A stretch of 64,000 nt of DNA from an uncultured Chloroflexia bacterium. Lineage in GTDB: Bacteria > Chloroflexota > Limnocylindria > Limnocylindrales > CSP1-4. A model generated the notes under the pieces. That model did not search any database, was not told where the DNA came from, and saw nothing but the letters and a program-made list of their open reading frames with translations. Each line of letters begins with the position of its first letter. Position 1 is the stretch's first letter. Where the stretch lies: NCBI GenBank assembly GCA_963788685.1, contig CAWBHP010000001.1:48661-112660 (forward strand), written 5' to 3'. Shown piece by piece: positions 63,327-64,000 of this stretch. The position numbers and the translations under genes are program-made.

Positions 63327-64000
63327 CTACCCGTGGCGATGCGAAGAGGTCGCCCGCGAGAGTTCCCGCTCAAGGTCCTCGACACCGATGACGCGCTGGG
63401 TGCCGGCCTGCAGATCCCTCAGCTGAACCTGCCCGTCCGCAAGCTCGTCACCGAGGATGATCGCGAAATGGGCGCCCTCCTTCGAGGCCGCCTCGAGCTG
63501 CCGGCCGAGCTTGCGGTGGCCGAGGTCGGCGCGAACCGCCAGCCCCGCCCCTCGCAGATCCGTGGCGACGCGCAGCCGCTCGGCCGAGGCCGCGGGGTCG
63601 GCGCCGACGACGACCGCGACCGGCGCGGGCTCGGGTGGCGCGGCGACGCCCTCGGCCGCTAGTGCGAGCAGCACGCGATCGAGGCCAACGCCGAACCCGA
63701 TGCCGGGCGTCGGCCGCCCGCCGAGCAGTTCGACGAGCCCGTCGTAACGACCCCCGCCACCGAGAGCCGACTGCTGGCCGCCGCCGCTGTGCGGAAAGAA
63801 CTCGAAGGCGGTCCGCGTGTAGTAGTCCAGGCCCCGGACCAGGCCGGGATCCAGGGTGTAGCCGATCCCGAGCGCCGCGAGGTGGGCCCGGACGCCCGCG
63901 AAGTGTTCGGCGCACGCGTCGCACAGGTGGTCGGTGATCTTCGGTGCTGCGGCGTTCAGGTCGACCATCGCCGGATCCTTGGAGTCGAGCAGCCGCAGGA
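63327..64000 (-). CDS. hisS: Histidine--tRNA ligase (5' part outside window)
   Basis: LRLLDSK, LVRGLDYYTRT, GGGRYDGL, GFGVGLDR, anticodon-binding domain. Confidence 0.97.
   Translation of the reverse strand, partial: LRLLDSKDPAMVDLNAAAPKITDHLCDACAEHFAGVRAHLAALGIGYTLDPGLVRGLDYYTRTAFEFFPHSGGGQQSALGGGGRYDGLVELLGGRPTPGIGFGVGLDRVLLALAAEGVAAPPEPAPVAVVVGADPAASAERLRVATDLRGAGLAVRADLGHRKLGRQLEAASKEGAHFAIILGDELADGQVQLRDLQAGTQRVIGVEDLERELSRATSSHRHG

Overview
High-GC window, mostly a housekeeping backbone on the minus strand; gene content and synteny suggest a Chloroflexota genome (inference). Left to right: an accessory stretch ending at tRNA-Pro(GGG); plsY; a PanE-like reductase; a glycerol regulon (glpCBA, glpK, glpF, two GlpP-family genes); der, ispH, plsC, cmk, rluB, scpB/scpA, xerD, recN, nadK, tlyA, dxs, xseB/xseA, efp, peptidases, mltG, ruvX; a bitopic baseplate-J-like protein and an orphan FtsA-like actin homologue; alaS; a sugar ABC/glycoside hydrolase cluster; mnmA, iscS, typA, aspS and a partial hisS. 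Many genes, including core ones (der, dxs, recN, typA), are split by single-base frameshifts. I read these as sequencing or assembly indels, so those coordinates are approximate. Best candidates for undescribed biology: (1) the FtsA-like ATPase plus bitopic STAS-like/baseplate-J-like partner in an operon with mltG and with no ftsZ; (2) tandem canonical and degenerate GlpP genes with a visible leader terminator before glpF, in a cluster placed between der and plsY with a PanE-like enzyme and no gpsA; (3) a palindromic repeat family, one array of which has an exact 72-bp period with two unrelated 31-bp spacers; (4) a 6S-like structured RNA candidate; (5) a 24-bp promoter/start duplication flanking a gene upstream of aspS. 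All calls come from reading the sequence; no searches were run.
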